A stretch of 63,586 bases of DNA, filler included, from Planctomycetota bacterium (GTDB taxonomy: Bacteria; Planctomycetota; Planctomycetia; JALXBF01): NCBI GenBank assembly GCA_026991575.1. It is 7 parts of 7 records of this genome, joined end to end, with 100 filler letters (N's around TTAATTAATTAA, not from the genome) between each part and the next. Parts side by side here need not be neighbours in the genome. Positions count along the whole stretch, not along the records: positions 1 to 5,566 come from JALXBF010000097.1; positions 5,667 to 11,221 come from JALXBF010000098.1; 5 more parts are not named here. One strand, given 5' to 3'. A program made the translations under genes and the position numbers. Shown piece after piece: positions 1 to 8,990 of this stretch. Within the stretch, counting starts at the first letter, position 1. Every line of letters begins with the position of its first letter. The notes below the pieces were generated by a model, which did not search any database, was not told the DNA's origin, and saw only the letters and a list, made by a program, of their open reading frames with translations.

Positions 1-398
1 CACCACCGGTACAGGAAGCGCGGGCCCGACAGTCCCGCGAACAGCAGCAGCCCGTAGAGCACCGGCACCGAGCGCGGCACCCCCCCGAGACGCGTCAGGG
101 CGAAGAGCCCCAGCATCGAGAGCGCCGCGCCCACGACGACCGCCCGCAGGATCCGCATCAGATCCGGAATCGACGCAAACCGCCACACCCCCCGGTAAAG
201 CCCGAACCACCAGTACGCCCCCGCCTGCACGGGCACCACCACCGCCAGCGCCCCCAGCCCGGCGCGCAGCAGCTCCGGCGGCACCGTATCCAGGTTGAAG
301 CGCAGCCAGTAGGCCCCGAGCCACGCGGCCGGGATCACCATCACGTCGTGGACGAAGGCACCCGCCCGGCTCTGCAGGCGCACAAGCCACCGCGTCAT
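1..398 (-). CDS. CapD/WbpM/PglF-type nucleotide-sugar dehydratase, N-terminal membrane region (runs off the window start)
   Basis: Manual translation from ATG at 398 (GGAGGGG upstream) gives MTRWLVRLQSRAGAFVHDVMVIPAAWLGAYWLRFNL...FGLYRGVWRFASIPDLMRILRAV...VPRSVPVLY; the LRF, GLYRGxWRFAS and PRS motifs are typical. Not in the ORF track. Confidence 0.88.
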   Translation of the reverse strand, partial: MTRWLVRLQSRAGAFVHDVMVIPAAWLGAYWLRFNLDTVPPELLRAGLGALAVVVPVQAGAYWWFGLYRGVWRFASIPDLMRILRAVVVGAALSMLGLFALTRLGGVPRSVPVLYGLLLFAGLSGPRFLYRW

Positions 399-659
399 GC
401 CGTCCCCTCCATCAGTGCACGTCCCCCTCTCTCCGCCGCCCCGGACCCACGGGAAACGCTCCTCATCGCCGCCGGCCGGCGAGCGGACAGCCCGCCCCCG
501 GGAAGCCGGCACACCGCACAGTGCGCTAGCGTCACCCACAGATCCGGACACGCCCGCCGCGGCCAGCGCCGCCCATCCAGCCAATGGACGCCCGCCCTCA
601 CCCTAGGTCCGCCCTGTGGTTCCCTGCCCACTGCTCCCACGTGCTGGCCGCCCGTAACG

Positions 660-1436
660 TTACGCTCGCTCTGTAGCTGGGTCAGTCCGCGATCCAAGCA
701 CCGTGCCCCGCGATCGCACCGGCTCGTCAGCGCCAGGCGGCGGATATGGCACTAGGGGCTCTGAGCGCCGTGCGATGCGGACTAGCTCCTCATCGGCACA
801 CAGACGTTTGAGGAGACGCGCAACTGCCTTTAGCGCACGTGGACGCGAAACGACGGCAAGGGCGGTGAGCCAGATCAGCCGCAAATCGAGAAGCAGGCTG
901 GCATGGTCGATATAGAAGAGCCCCAACCGGCTCTTCCAAGGACGGATGAGCTGATTATATGCAAGATCGGGGTCCGGATGCCCAGCGAGAATCTCCCCCT
1001 CGTCGGCAAACACTATCGAAGCGAAATCCGTGATCCCCGGTCGAACCGTCAGCAGACGACGCTCGATGACCGTGTAGCTCGCCGTCTCACGCTCCACGTT
1101 CGGACGCGGACCGACGAGGCTCATATCGCCCTTCAGCACGTTCCACAATTGGGGAAGCTCGTCCAGTTTCCACCGGCGAACGAACCGACCTAGCGGTGTG
1201 ATGCGGGCATCATCGCATGCTGTGGAATCGACACCCATTCGGTCAGCCCCGACAACCATCGAGCGGAGCTTCACCATCCGGAATGGACGGCCACCTAAGC
1301 CAATGCGCCGCGCTACATAGAAGGGTGAATGGCCGTCCTGCAGCCATATCAGGAGCAGTGCGGGTAGAAGCACCGGGGCCGTCAACACCACTCCTGTCGA
1401 CGCTACAAAGATATCCAGAATGCGTTTGCTCCTCAT
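660..1436 (-). CDS. Bacterial sugar transferase (PglC/WcaJ-type phosphoglycosyl transferase)
   Basis: KRILDI, F-x-MVKLRSM, DARITPLGRFVRRWKLDELPQLWNVLKGDMSLVGPRP, RPGIT motifs. Start at 1436, or possibly 1469. Confidence 0.93.
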   Translation of the reverse strand: MRSKRILDIFVASTGVVLTAPVLLPALLLIWLQDGHSPFYVARRIGLGGRPFRMVKLRSMVVGADRMGVDSTACDDARITPLGRFVRRWKLDELPQLWNVLKGDMSLVGPRPNVERETASYTVIERRLLTVRPGITDFASIVFADEGEILAGHPDPDLAYNQLIRPWKSRLGLFYIDHASLLLDLRLIWLTALAVVSRPRALKAVARLLKRLCADEELVRIARRSEPLVPYPPPGADEPVRSRGTVLGSRTDPATERA

Positions 1437-1476
1437 TGGTCTGCCATCTTCACAGAGACGCCCCCACATCTTCGTA

Positions 1477-2310
1477 GAGGCTATCTCAAAAATACTTCAG
1501 CAGGATCGTGACGCACGCGAGCTGGACGAAGCCGAGAAAGTTCTCGGGATGGAACTCCCAGCGGATCAGAACGCGACGCTTGTTTCCAATCCATGCAAAG
1601 AACCGCTCCACCACCCAGCGCCTCAGAATACGTCGCAACCTTCGTCGGTCCTGCGTCGGCGGCTTGCGCCGGTTCTTCCAGTGCGGCGCGATCATCTCCA
1701 CGCCCTGCTCGCGTAACGTCGCATCCAGCTCGTCGCTGTCGTAGGCACGATCGCCAATCAGGTCGTGCGGCTTCGCCTCGACAAGATAGAAGTCGAAGCA
1801 CAGCTGCACCAGGCGCACCTCGTGATGATTCGCCGCATGCGTCGAGACCGACAGTGGCAGCCCGTGGCGATCCACTATCGCCATGATTTTCATGCCCTTC
1901 CCGACCCTCGTCAGGCCCACCTCGGCCCCGCCACCACGGGCCGGGGCAAAAGTGGCATCGATGAAGGCCTCGCGCTCGTCCAGCACGCCGGCATCGCGCA
2001 GCTCGTTGGCCAGATCCACCAGGATTTCGCGGATCACCTCGCTGCGGCACCACTGCTGGAAGCGCCGGTGCACGGTCTTGTAGTTGGGGTAGCACTGCGG
2101 GGCATGTGCCACTGGGCGCCTGTGACCAGCACCCACAGCACCGCCTCCAGCACGGCGCGTGCCGGCACAGGCGGTCGACCCCGTGCGTTCGAGGGACGGT
2201 TCTCCTCGGGAAAATGATGGCGGATGCGTTCCCACTGCGCGTCGGTCATCTTGATCATGCCTATCATTCTAGGTCTTGCGATAGGCGCACGCCATTTTTG
2301 AGATAGCTTC
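1477..2310 (-). mobile_element. IS5-family insertion sequence (834 bp)
   Basis: 17-bp terminal inverted repeats GAGGCTATCTCAAAAAT (1477-1493) and ATTTTTGAGATAGCTTC (2294-2310) with one mismatch, flanked by TA at 1475-1476 and 2311-2312; encloses an IS5 transposase. Confidence 0.92.
1486..2258 (-). pseudogene. IS5-family transposase, frameshifted near 2100
   Basis: N-part MTDAQWERI...GRPP...VLEAVLWVLVTGAQWHM is in one frame. The C-part PQCYPNYKTVHRRFQQW...IDAT...GDRAYDS...RWVVERFFAW is in another; one base is missing at ATG-CC-CCG. Confidence 0.85.
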
Positions 2311-3287
2311 TAGAACAGTTCCTTGACAGCCCTAACCACCGTATCGACATTCGGATAGTACGCCTCCTCAAGCACACGGCTCGTCGGTGCAGGAGCGTCA
2401 GGCAAGGTGACTCTCTTGGGGGCAGCACGCATCACCCGCGGCCCGGTCCGCTCCAGCACAGAGGCCATCACCTCTCCCGCGAGCCCACAGGTTCGCCAGC
2501 CACCATCCACTACGCAAAGCCGTCCAGTCCGCGCCACAGACTCGGCCGGAACCTCAATGGAAAGAGGATTAAGTACCCGCAAATCCACGACCTCCGCCTC
2601 GATGCCGTCAAGAGTGAGCTGCTTCGCAGCTTCCATGCACAACCGTGTCGAGTAGCCGGCCCCTACCAGTGTCACGTCCGTCCCGTGGCGCCTCACCTTG
2701 GGACTCTCCTCGGCCAGCGAGCGAACCGTCACATCACCGACATCCTCCTCCAGCTCGTATAGCCACCGATCGTCCACGTACAGCACTGGGTCGTCACACC
2801 ACACCGCGGCTATCAGGAGGTCTCGTGCGTCCTCCGGCGTGGCCGGCATGACCACCCGAAGCCCCGGTACGTGCGCAAACCACGCGTGCAACGCCTGGCT
2901 GTGCTGCGCACCCTGCTCACCACCCCGGTTGATGATGCTACGGACAGTCACCGCTGGATGGGCCTGCCCGCCCAACATGTGCGCCCATTTGGCCGCCTGG
3001 TTGACTATGGAGTCCATCGCATAGAGCAAGAAGTCCATCCTTGGATGGACGACGATCGGGCGATACCCGCACAAAGCCGCCCCCACTGCCGCGCCGGTGC
3101 ACGCGAGCTCCGAAACCGGCGAGTCCATGATGCGCTCTGGCCCGTAAAGCTTATCCAAATCAGTCATCGAGCTCCCCACGTACCAGGGGCTCCAAAGTCC
3201 TTGTCCGATCACGAACACCTTCGGATCGTGATCCAAGAGGTACATGAAGGCCTCCCGGATAGCCTCACCGTAACGCAGGCGTCTCAT
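2310..3287 (-). CDS. TPP-dependent 2-oxoacid dehydrogenase E1 beta-like subunit
   Basis: YGEAIREA, ERIMDSPVSE, GAQHSQ, VPGLRVVMPATP, EVVDLRVLNPL. ATG at 3287 overlaps the alpha-gene stop (ATGA). Confidence 0.92.
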   Translation of the reverse strand: MRRLRYGEAIREAFMYLLDHDPKVFVIGQGLWSPWYVGSSMTDLDKLYGPERIMDSPVSELACTGAAVGAALCGYRPIVVHPRMDFLLYAMDSIVNQAAKWAHMLGGQAHPAVTVRSIINRGGEQGAQHSQALHAWFAHVPGLRVVMPATPEDARDLLIAAVWCDDPVLYVDDRWLYELEEDVGDVTVRSLAEESPKVRRHGTDVTLVGAGYSTRLCMEAAKQLTLDGIEAEVVDLRVLNPLSIEVPAESVARTGRLCVVDGGWRTCGLAGEVMASVLERTGPRVMRAAPKRVTLPDAPAPTSRVLEEAYYPNVDTVVRAVKELF

Positions 3288-4333
3288 TGCCCCCTCCCGT
3301 GCCAGTAGACACGGCTGAGCAGCGCCTCCCGCGGCGGCCACGGCGCCTTTTCCGCTCGAGCCCACGCGTCACGCACCTCTTCCGCGACCTGCGTCTGCAG
3401 CTCCGCGAAACTCTCCTCGTCCAGAAGCCTCGCGGAAGCCATGGCGTCGGCTAGACGCCGCACCGGGTCCCTGCGTCGCCAGAGCACGAGATCTCGGCTG
3501 CGGTTCACACCCACGTCGTCGTCCTCCCGGGGCCCTACGTGCCCCCGCCACCGGTAGGTGACAGCCTCTATCATCGCTGGCCCCTCGCCCCGGCGCAGCC
3601 TGCCCACGAGCTCGCGGACCGTCCTCGCCACCGCGACCACGTCGTTTCCGTCCACCGTGCGCGCCTCCATCCCGTGAGCCTCCGCGAAGCGGGCCACCCG
3701 GTCCCCCGGCTGGCGCAGGCTGATGTGAAGATGGCTGGAAAAAAGATTGTTTTCGCAGACGAACAGCACCGGCAGTTTCCACAGCGCAGCCAGGTTGAAT
3801 GACTCGTGAACCGCGCCCTCCTCCGCTGCTCCGTCGCCGAAGTAGGCCACCGCAATGTCACCCCGCCCATCCTTCCGGGCCGCCAAAGCAGCCCCTACGG
3901 CCAATGGCACGGTGCCGGCAACGATGGGGACGGAACCCAGAAACCCGACGTGCCCCGCATAAAGGTGCATCGAGCCCCCCATTCCCCGCGAACACCCGCT
4001 GTCGCGCCCAAGCACTTCCGCGAACAACGCCTCCAGGTCGCCTCCAAGCGCCAGATAGTGCGAGTGCGACCGGTGCGCGCCGAAGACCCTGTCTGTCGGA
4101 CGGAGCGACGCGGACACACCCACCGCGATCGCCTCCTGCCCAATGGCCAGATGGCATGGAGTGCGCACCTCACCCGAGGCTACCCGGTCTCCGATAATCT
4201 CCTCCGCACGCCGGATCAGCACCATCTTCCTCAGATACGCTCGCAGCGCGCCCGGATCCTCGCCGCGAATGTCCACCGGCTCCGATCCCCGGCTGGGATC
4301 GGCCAACACCCCGAGATGCATCTGCACGCTCAT
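3284..4333 (-). CDS. TPP-dependent dehydrogenase E1 alpha-like subunit
   Basis: CHLAIGQEA, HRSHSH, GMGGSMH, TPP motif GDGAAEEG...ENN, TYRWRGH. ATG at 4333 overlaps the DegT stop. Confidence 0.93.
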   Translation of the reverse strand: MSVQMHLGVLADPSRGSEPVDIRGEDPGALRAYLRKMVLIRRAEEIIGDRVASGEVRTPCHLAIGQEAIAVGVSASLRPTDRVFGAHRSHSHYLALGGDLEALFAEVLGRDSGCSRGMGGSMHLYAGHVGFLGSVPIVAGTVPLAVGAALAARKDGRGDIAVAYFGDGAAEEGAVHESFNLAALWKLPVLFVCENNLFSSHLHISLRQPGDRVARFAEAHGMEARTVDGNDVVAVARTVRELVGRLRRGEGPAMIEAVTYRWRGHVGPREDDDVGVNRSRDLVLWRRRDPVRRLADAMASARLLDEESFAELQTQVAEEVRDAWARAEKAPWPPREALLSRVYWHGRGQ

Positions 4334-5445
4334 GAGCCGTACCCGTAGAACGCCCGGATACAATCGCACACATAGTCCACGTCGTCATCCGTTAGGAAGG
4401 GGTTCATAGGCAAAAGCAAGCAGCGCTCGAAGAAGGCCTCCGTCCGCGGAAGCCGCACACCATCGAACCCCAATGCACGATACCCGTGGACGGGGCGTCC
4501 TCCCCACTGGATGTGCGTCTGCACGCCGCGCTCCGCGAGGTAATCCCTCAGCACGTCGCGGCGATCCGCCTCTATCTCGTAGTTCTGATAGACATCGAAG
4601 TGCCGCGGATCCGCGTCCGGTGCTGGCGGCAATCCCAATTCGGCCACATCCGCCAGCCGCTCATGATACCGCATCGCGATTGCGCGCCGCCGTTCGATCA
4701 CATCCGGGTAACGCCGTAGTTGATAGTTGAGGAGCGCCGCCTGCAAATTGTCCAGGCGCGAATTGAATCCCCAGCTGACCACCTCACCGTTTCTCGACCG
4801 GCCGTGATCGCGCAGAGCATGGATCCTGTCCGCCACTTCATCGTCGTTCGTCAGCACCGCGCCGCCGTCTCCGAAGCACCCGAGCAGCTTCGCGGGATAG
4901 AAGCTGATTGTCCCAAAACGCCCAAAGGTGCCCGCGCAACGCCCCCGGAACCGCGAACCCAGCGCCTGCGCGGCATCCTCCACGATCATGAGCCCGTGCC
5001 TATCAGCGATCTCATGGAGCGCATCCATGTCACAGGTACGCCCGTTAAGCTGCACGGGCAGAATCGCCTTCGTCCGCGGCGTGATTGCCGCCTCCACCGA
5101 GGCCGGGTCCACCATCCGATCCGGGCCGATGTCAGCAAGAATCGGGGTCGCCCCCACGAGCTTCACCGCCGCCGCCGTAGCCACGAAGGTGTGCGAAGGC
5201 AAGATCACCTCGTCTCCTGGGCCGACCCCTACAGCCATCAGCCCGATCCAGATGGCATCCGTGCCATTGCCGACACCGATAGCGTGGCGCACACCCACGA
5301 ACTCCGCAAGCCGCCTCTCGAACTCCTCGAGGTCCCGCTGCAGGATGAAGGCGCCCCGCGCGCACACGTCCCGGATGACCTTGAGGAATCCCTCCTCGTC
5401 CCTACCGAAATGAGCGCGATAGTCGAAAAATGGTATCCGTTTCAC
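4330..5445 (-). CDS. DegT/DnrJ/EryC1/StrS family PLP-dependent sugar aminotransferase
   Basis: GNGTDA, GDEVILPSHTFVAT, IVEDAAQA, SFYPAKLLGCFGDGG, NSRLDNLQAA. Confidence 0.95.
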   Translation of the reverse strand: MKRIPFFDYRAHFGRDEEGFLKVIRDVCARGAFILQRDLEEFERRLAEFVGVRHAIGVGNGTDAIWIGLMAVGVGPGDEVILPSHTFVATAAAVKLVGATPILADIGPDRMVDPASVEAAITPRTKAILPVQLNGRTCDMDALHEIADRHGLMIVEDAAQALGSRFRGRCAGTFGRFGTISFYPAKLLGCFGDGGAVLTNDDEVADRIHALRDHGRSRNGEVVSWGFNSRLDNLQAALLNYQLRRYPDVIERRRAIAMRYHERLADVAELGLPPAPDADPRHFDVYQNYEIEADRRDVLRDYLAERGVQTHIQWGGRPVHGYRALGFDGVRLPRTEAFFERCLLLPMNPFLTDDDVDYVCDCIRAFYGYGS

Positions 5446-5566
5446 CTTGCTGTCCTCTCTCCGCCTTTTTCATCCGGTTTCGTCGCTTCCAAATAGATCA
5501 CCTTGTGCCTCCTATCCGGCTTCCCACCAGCAATAGGACGAACCCTGTGCCCGTCCTCCGGGCCTG
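5442..5566 (-). CDS. C-terminal end of the upstream operon gene (truncated by gap); possibly a SAM methyltransferase
   Basis: Open frame ...KPDRRHKVIYLEATKPDEKGGERTAR* whose TGA overlaps the DegT GTG start. The product guess rests only on the YLEAxK-like ending. Confidence 0.45.
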
Positions 5567-5666
5567 NNNNNNNNNNNNNNNNNNNNNNNNNNNNNNNNNN
5601 NNNNNNNNNNTTAATTAATTAANNNNNNNNNNNNNNNNNNNNNNNNNNNNNNNNNNNNNNNNNNNN
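5567..5666. other. Artificial contig linker
   Basis: N run, TTAATTAATTAA (stops in all six frames), N run; 100 nt. Confidence 0.98.
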
Positions 5667-5701
5667 AGGCAAGTTGCCGGTCGCTGCGAATCGGAACTGA
5701 G

Positions 5702-5786
5702 TGCGGGAGACAGGACTCGAACCTGCACGGGCCTAAGGCCCACCAGCCCCTCAAGCTGGCGCGTCTACCAGTTCCGCCACTCCCGC
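5702..5786 (-). tRNA. tRNA-Leu(GAG), CCA not encoded
   Basis: Reverse complement GCGGGAGTGGCGGAACTGGTAGACGCGCCAGCTTGAGGGGCTGGTGGGCCTTAGGCCCGTGCAGGTTCGAGTCCTGTCTCCCGCA: acceptor stem, anticodon arm CCAGC-TTGAGGG-GCTGG, long variable arm, GTTCGA T-loop. Confidence 0.97.
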
Positions 5787-5798
5787 ATGTCCTTCCTA

Positions 5799-5827
5799 AA
5801 GCTATCCAGCGCTCTGCCCAATGTCAA
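5799..5827 (-). promoter_or_regulatory. Sigma70-type promoter of tRNA-Leu
   Basis: Minus strand TTGACA-17 nt-TAGCTT ending 12 nt before the mature tRNA 5' end. Confidence 0.7.
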
Positions 5828-6166
5828 CTCACGTACGCGCGGCCGTTCCCGATAACGAAAACGCCCATCAGCAACGGTCAGCTGCGCGGACGGGGAAGAC
5901 GCCGATCGGGCCATCGCCCCAAGAACATCGCGTACGGAGAACGCCTCGGTGTACGGAATCGGATGCAGTGCTTGATAAGCTCGGCACAGGTGCCCCAGCC
6001 GGAGTACGACGCGCATGCGTCGTCGAGTCCGCCGGGGACGTTCACACCGGGCGCGAGCACCGCGGCAACTGACGCCCAGGAACTTGCCCGGCGTTGATTT
6101 TCCGCGGCACCGTTATGGCCTGCGCCTTCCGGTGGCGACCAGCTCGATCGGCTCTCGCCGCTCTCA

Positions 6167-7132
6167 TCAGACCACTGGCCCGTACAGCTCGCCCCAATCT
6201 GCCGCCAGCGCCTTGCCGCGACGCTCCAGGTACGCCGCCTCCTCGGGAGTCAGTTCCAGCCCTTCTCGGATCCAGCTCAGCACTTGATCCAGCTCATGCC
6301 TGTCATAGCAGCCGATCACGGCGGTACTCAATCCCTCGAGGCTGTAGGCGTATTTCAGGGCCAGGCGCAAGTTCTCGCCACGCGCCCGCGCGCCTTTGGC
6401 CCCGGGCACCCGGCGGTCGATCCCACCGAAAACCTTCATGGCAACCAGTCCGACACCCTTTTGCCGAGCGACAGGCCAGACACGTTCCTCGAAGTTGTAG
6501 ACGTGTCGGATCACGAAGTTGACCGCCGTCATCATCACATCGACAGGGAACTCATTCAAGACGCGGACGAACCGGTCCGGCCGGTTGTGACCGCTGATCC
6601 CCACGTAGCGGATCAGGCCATCGCGACGAGCCTTTTCCAACGCGGCGAGCACGCCATTCGGGGCCAGTACCCGCTCGGGGGGCATTCTGTCGGAGCCAAG
6701 CGAATGAGCATAGACGAGGTCGACGTAGTCGACGCGCAGTTCGCGCATGTTCCGTTGCAGTAGCCGCAGCGCCGCCTCGCCGTCCGGCTCCCAGCACTTC
6801 GTCACCACGAACACCTGCTCGCGGATTCCGCGGATCACGTCTCCGACAGCGAGCTGTGCCTCGCCATAACCGGCAAACGCTGGCGCGGTGTCCAGGTAGG
6901 TGACACCGCATTCGACGGCGTACTCAAAGAACCGCGCCGCCTCCCGTCGGCCTCGATGTCCGGCTGGCGCGGTGCCAAGCCCAAGAATCGGAACGCGCTC
7001 TCCGGTCTTGCCCAACGGACGCTTCGGCAATTCGGCAGCCCGTGTGTCGGCACCGCCGGTCGCGGCGCCGACCACGAGTGGACTGGAGGCCACTGCCCCG
7101 AGGAACAGCCGTCGGCTCACACGCTCTGCCAT
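6167..7132 (-). CDS. Aldo/keto reductase with twin-arginine (Tat) signal
   Basis: SRRLFLG signal, KRPLGKTG, YLDTAPAF, VVTK, DYVDLVYAH, RYVGISGH, AMKVFGG; GGAGGAG RBS before ATG 7132. Confidence 0.9.
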   Translation of the reverse strand: MAERVSRRLFLGAVASSPLVVGAATGGADTRAAELPKRPLGKTGERVPILGLGTAPAGHRGRREAARFFEYAVECGVTYLDTAPAFAGYGEAQLAVGDVIRGIREQVFVVTKCWEPDGEAALRLLQRNMRELRVDYVDLVYAHSLGSDRMPPERVLAPNGVLAALEKARRDGLIRYVGISGHNRPDRFVRVLNEFPVDVMMTAVNFVIRHVYNFEERVWPVARQKGVGLVAMKVFGGIDRRVPGAKGARARGENLRLALKYAYSLEGLSTAVIGCYDRHELDQVLSWIREGLELTPEEAAYLERRGKALAADWGELYGPVV

Positions 7133-7322
7133 AGCCCCGCTCCTCCGCAGGTGATCAGCACGGCAACAGGAGGGCACTTGCCTCGCGAAGCGCGCCGTTG
7201 CCCGCATGTCGCGGGGAGCGATCATGACGCGCAGCCGCGTGCCATGCCCCCTTCACCCGGTACCGGACACGGTGGGCTAGCTCCACTGGCGGCACCACAT
7301 AGGAGGCGGCCAGCCGGAACGG

Positions 7323-8990
7323 TTATTCGTCCGGCAGGAACCGATGATAACGGCCCATCCAATAGGGTAGCAGAACGAACGTGCCGTCGTCGCGTCGCCG
7401 ACCACCGGTGCCGCCGTCCACCCGGTACGGGTTACCGTTCCAGCGCATCAGCGGTCGTTCCGACACGGGCAGCACGAACCGACTGCATGGATTGCCGAAG
7501 CGATCAGCACGCAGCGGCCCCAAGTCACGGCGGTCGCTGTTGATGATCGTCCACTCAATCATGTCCTCCGGCACGTCCACGAACCACTGAATGCAGCGGT
7601 CCCGATCATACGCCGCAGCGGGAACGAACGGCCGATCGGGACGGCGGCTGGGGTCCTTCCAGTGGTTCGCCTGCTTACAGGCAGCGTAGATGAAGTTGAA
7701 CAGCGGACTGCCTTCCGGGCGCTCCACCAGCCAGGATCGTTCCAGACTCATGAGATAGATGCGTCGAAGCTCCGGGTTGCGCTCGTAGCGCAGCAGCGGG
7801 TAATAGGAGAGGAACGCCAGCTCATCGTCGCTGTGGTTCTCCGGGCCATCGACCGGGGCAACCATCTTTTGTCGGATCGTGTTGATCGCGTAGCCATGCT
7901 CGTTGATCAGCTTTTCTGCTTCTCTTCGATAGCGTGCATCGCCACAGATGTGTTCGGCCACCTTCAGGTGGGAGAGAATCTCCAACGAGTTCAGTCCGCG
8001 GTCCTCCAGCCAGTTCGGGTCACGGTTCAGCTTTTCCGGTGCCCAAACGCCCCACTTTGTGCGTCGGCCGTTGGGCTCGACGTAGTAGTAGCCGTGGTCG
8101 ATGATGTGGTCCATGATGCGACCGACGACCGCGCGAATCTCCTGCTTTTCCTCATCGGTCGCCACCAGATCGTAGTAGATGGCGTAGGCGAAGAAGTGGC
8201 CATCCAATTCGTCGCTGGACGTGTCGCCCTTCCACCACCATTTGCCGTCCGCTGAGCGGTGCCACGGAAAGATGCCCTCCTTGCTGATTCTCAACGGCAC
8301 GAAGCTGCGGGCTACGAATCCGGGCTTGCCGGTAATCCGCTCCAGGAACATCAATGCTTCCAACGACTGCCGCGCGTTCCTCCGGGCCTGCTCATCACCG
8401 GTAACCGCGTAGCGAAACGACTCGGCAGCCACGTAAAGGCTGGTCCAGAGGCCGTCGTTATCATCGTCTGGCTGGAACCAGCCGGCGCGCACGGTACCGG
8501 GTTGCTTCAGGTGGATCTTCCCCACGAGGCCGTAGCGGACGTGGTGTTTGCGAAGCATAGCGTGAATGCGGCGCATCTTGTTGGCTAGCGTGTCCCTCTT
8601 TTGGAAAATCCGCACGACCCCTTTCGGGGTGCGCACCCAGACGTCTGCCGGCCCCCTGACTGCCAGGGCCTGAACGTGGTCATCGGGAAGCCAGCGGCGC
8701 GAATGGAACAGGCGCCACCGCTGCGCGCCAGGCGTCAGCAGCATGAGGCCATCGCGTGAGCCAACCCAAAGCGTACCGTCATCGAGGCGATAGCCAACGG
8801 TGAACGAAAGATAGGGCGGGACGGGTCGGCAGTTGGCCAGGTGCCAGAGATCCGACCGGCTGAGTGGTTCGCCGACCGACTCGGGCCAGGCTTCGGCCGA
8901 CACGGACTGCACCGACCACATCGGGTACTCAGTAGCGGCTACAACGAGCCAGGCACCCGTCAGTAACTGTGCGGCAACAAACACCATCAC
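7323..8990 (-). CDS. Secreted hypothetical protein: regulator-propeller-like repeats plus probable (alpha/alpha)6-barrel domain
   Basis: Long ORF with GGGAGG RBS and a hydrophobic N-terminus; DGTLWVGS and LPDDHVQAL repeats; acidic motifs DNDGLWTS, KGDTSSDE, NHSDDEL. Confidence 0.7.
   Translation of the reverse strand: MMVFVAAQLLTGAWLVVAATEYPMWSVQSVSAEAWPESVGEPLSRSDLWHLANCRPVPPYLSFTVGYRLDDGTLWVGSRDGLMLLTPGAQRWRLFHSRRWLPDDHVQALAVRGPADVWVRTPKGVVRIFQKRDTLANKMRRIHAMLRKHHVRYGLVGKIHLKQPGTVRAGWFQPDDDNDGLWTSLYVAAESFRYAVTGDEQARRNARQSLEALMFLERITGKPGFVARSFVPLRISKEGIFPWHRSADGKWWWKGDTSSDELDGHFFAYAIYYDLVATDEEKQEIRAVVGRIMDHIIDHGYYYVEPNGRRTKWGVWAPEKLNRDPNWLEDRGLNSLEILSHLKVAEHICGDARYRREAEKLINEHGYAINTIRQKMVAPVDGPENHSDDELAFLSYYPLLRYERNPELRRIYLMSLERSWLVERPEGSPLFNFIYAACKQANHWKDPSRRPDRPFVPAAAYDRDRCIQWFVDVPEDMIEWTIINSDRRDLGPLRADRFGNPCSRFVLPVSERPLMRWNGNPYRVDGGTGGRRRDDGTFVLLPYWMGRYHRFLPDE

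Noticed and set aside
653..664. Perfect palindrome CGTAACGTTACG
   Set aside because: Single occurrence overlapping a stop codon with no supporting context.
395..697. 100-aa ORF overlapping the dehydratase start (ATGA)
   Set aside because: No recognisable motifs and an R/G/A-rich composition typical of spurious high-GC frames; could be a decayed gene but is unsupported.
2310..4333. pdhA/pdhB housekeeping pyruvate dehydrogenase
   Set aside because: No E2/E3 genes and the context is glycan biosynthesis, so gene symbols were withheld.
5667..5702. tRNA-Leu 3' end as an integration site
   Set aside because: Only 35 bp remain before the gap; no integrase or duplicated tRNA end is visible.
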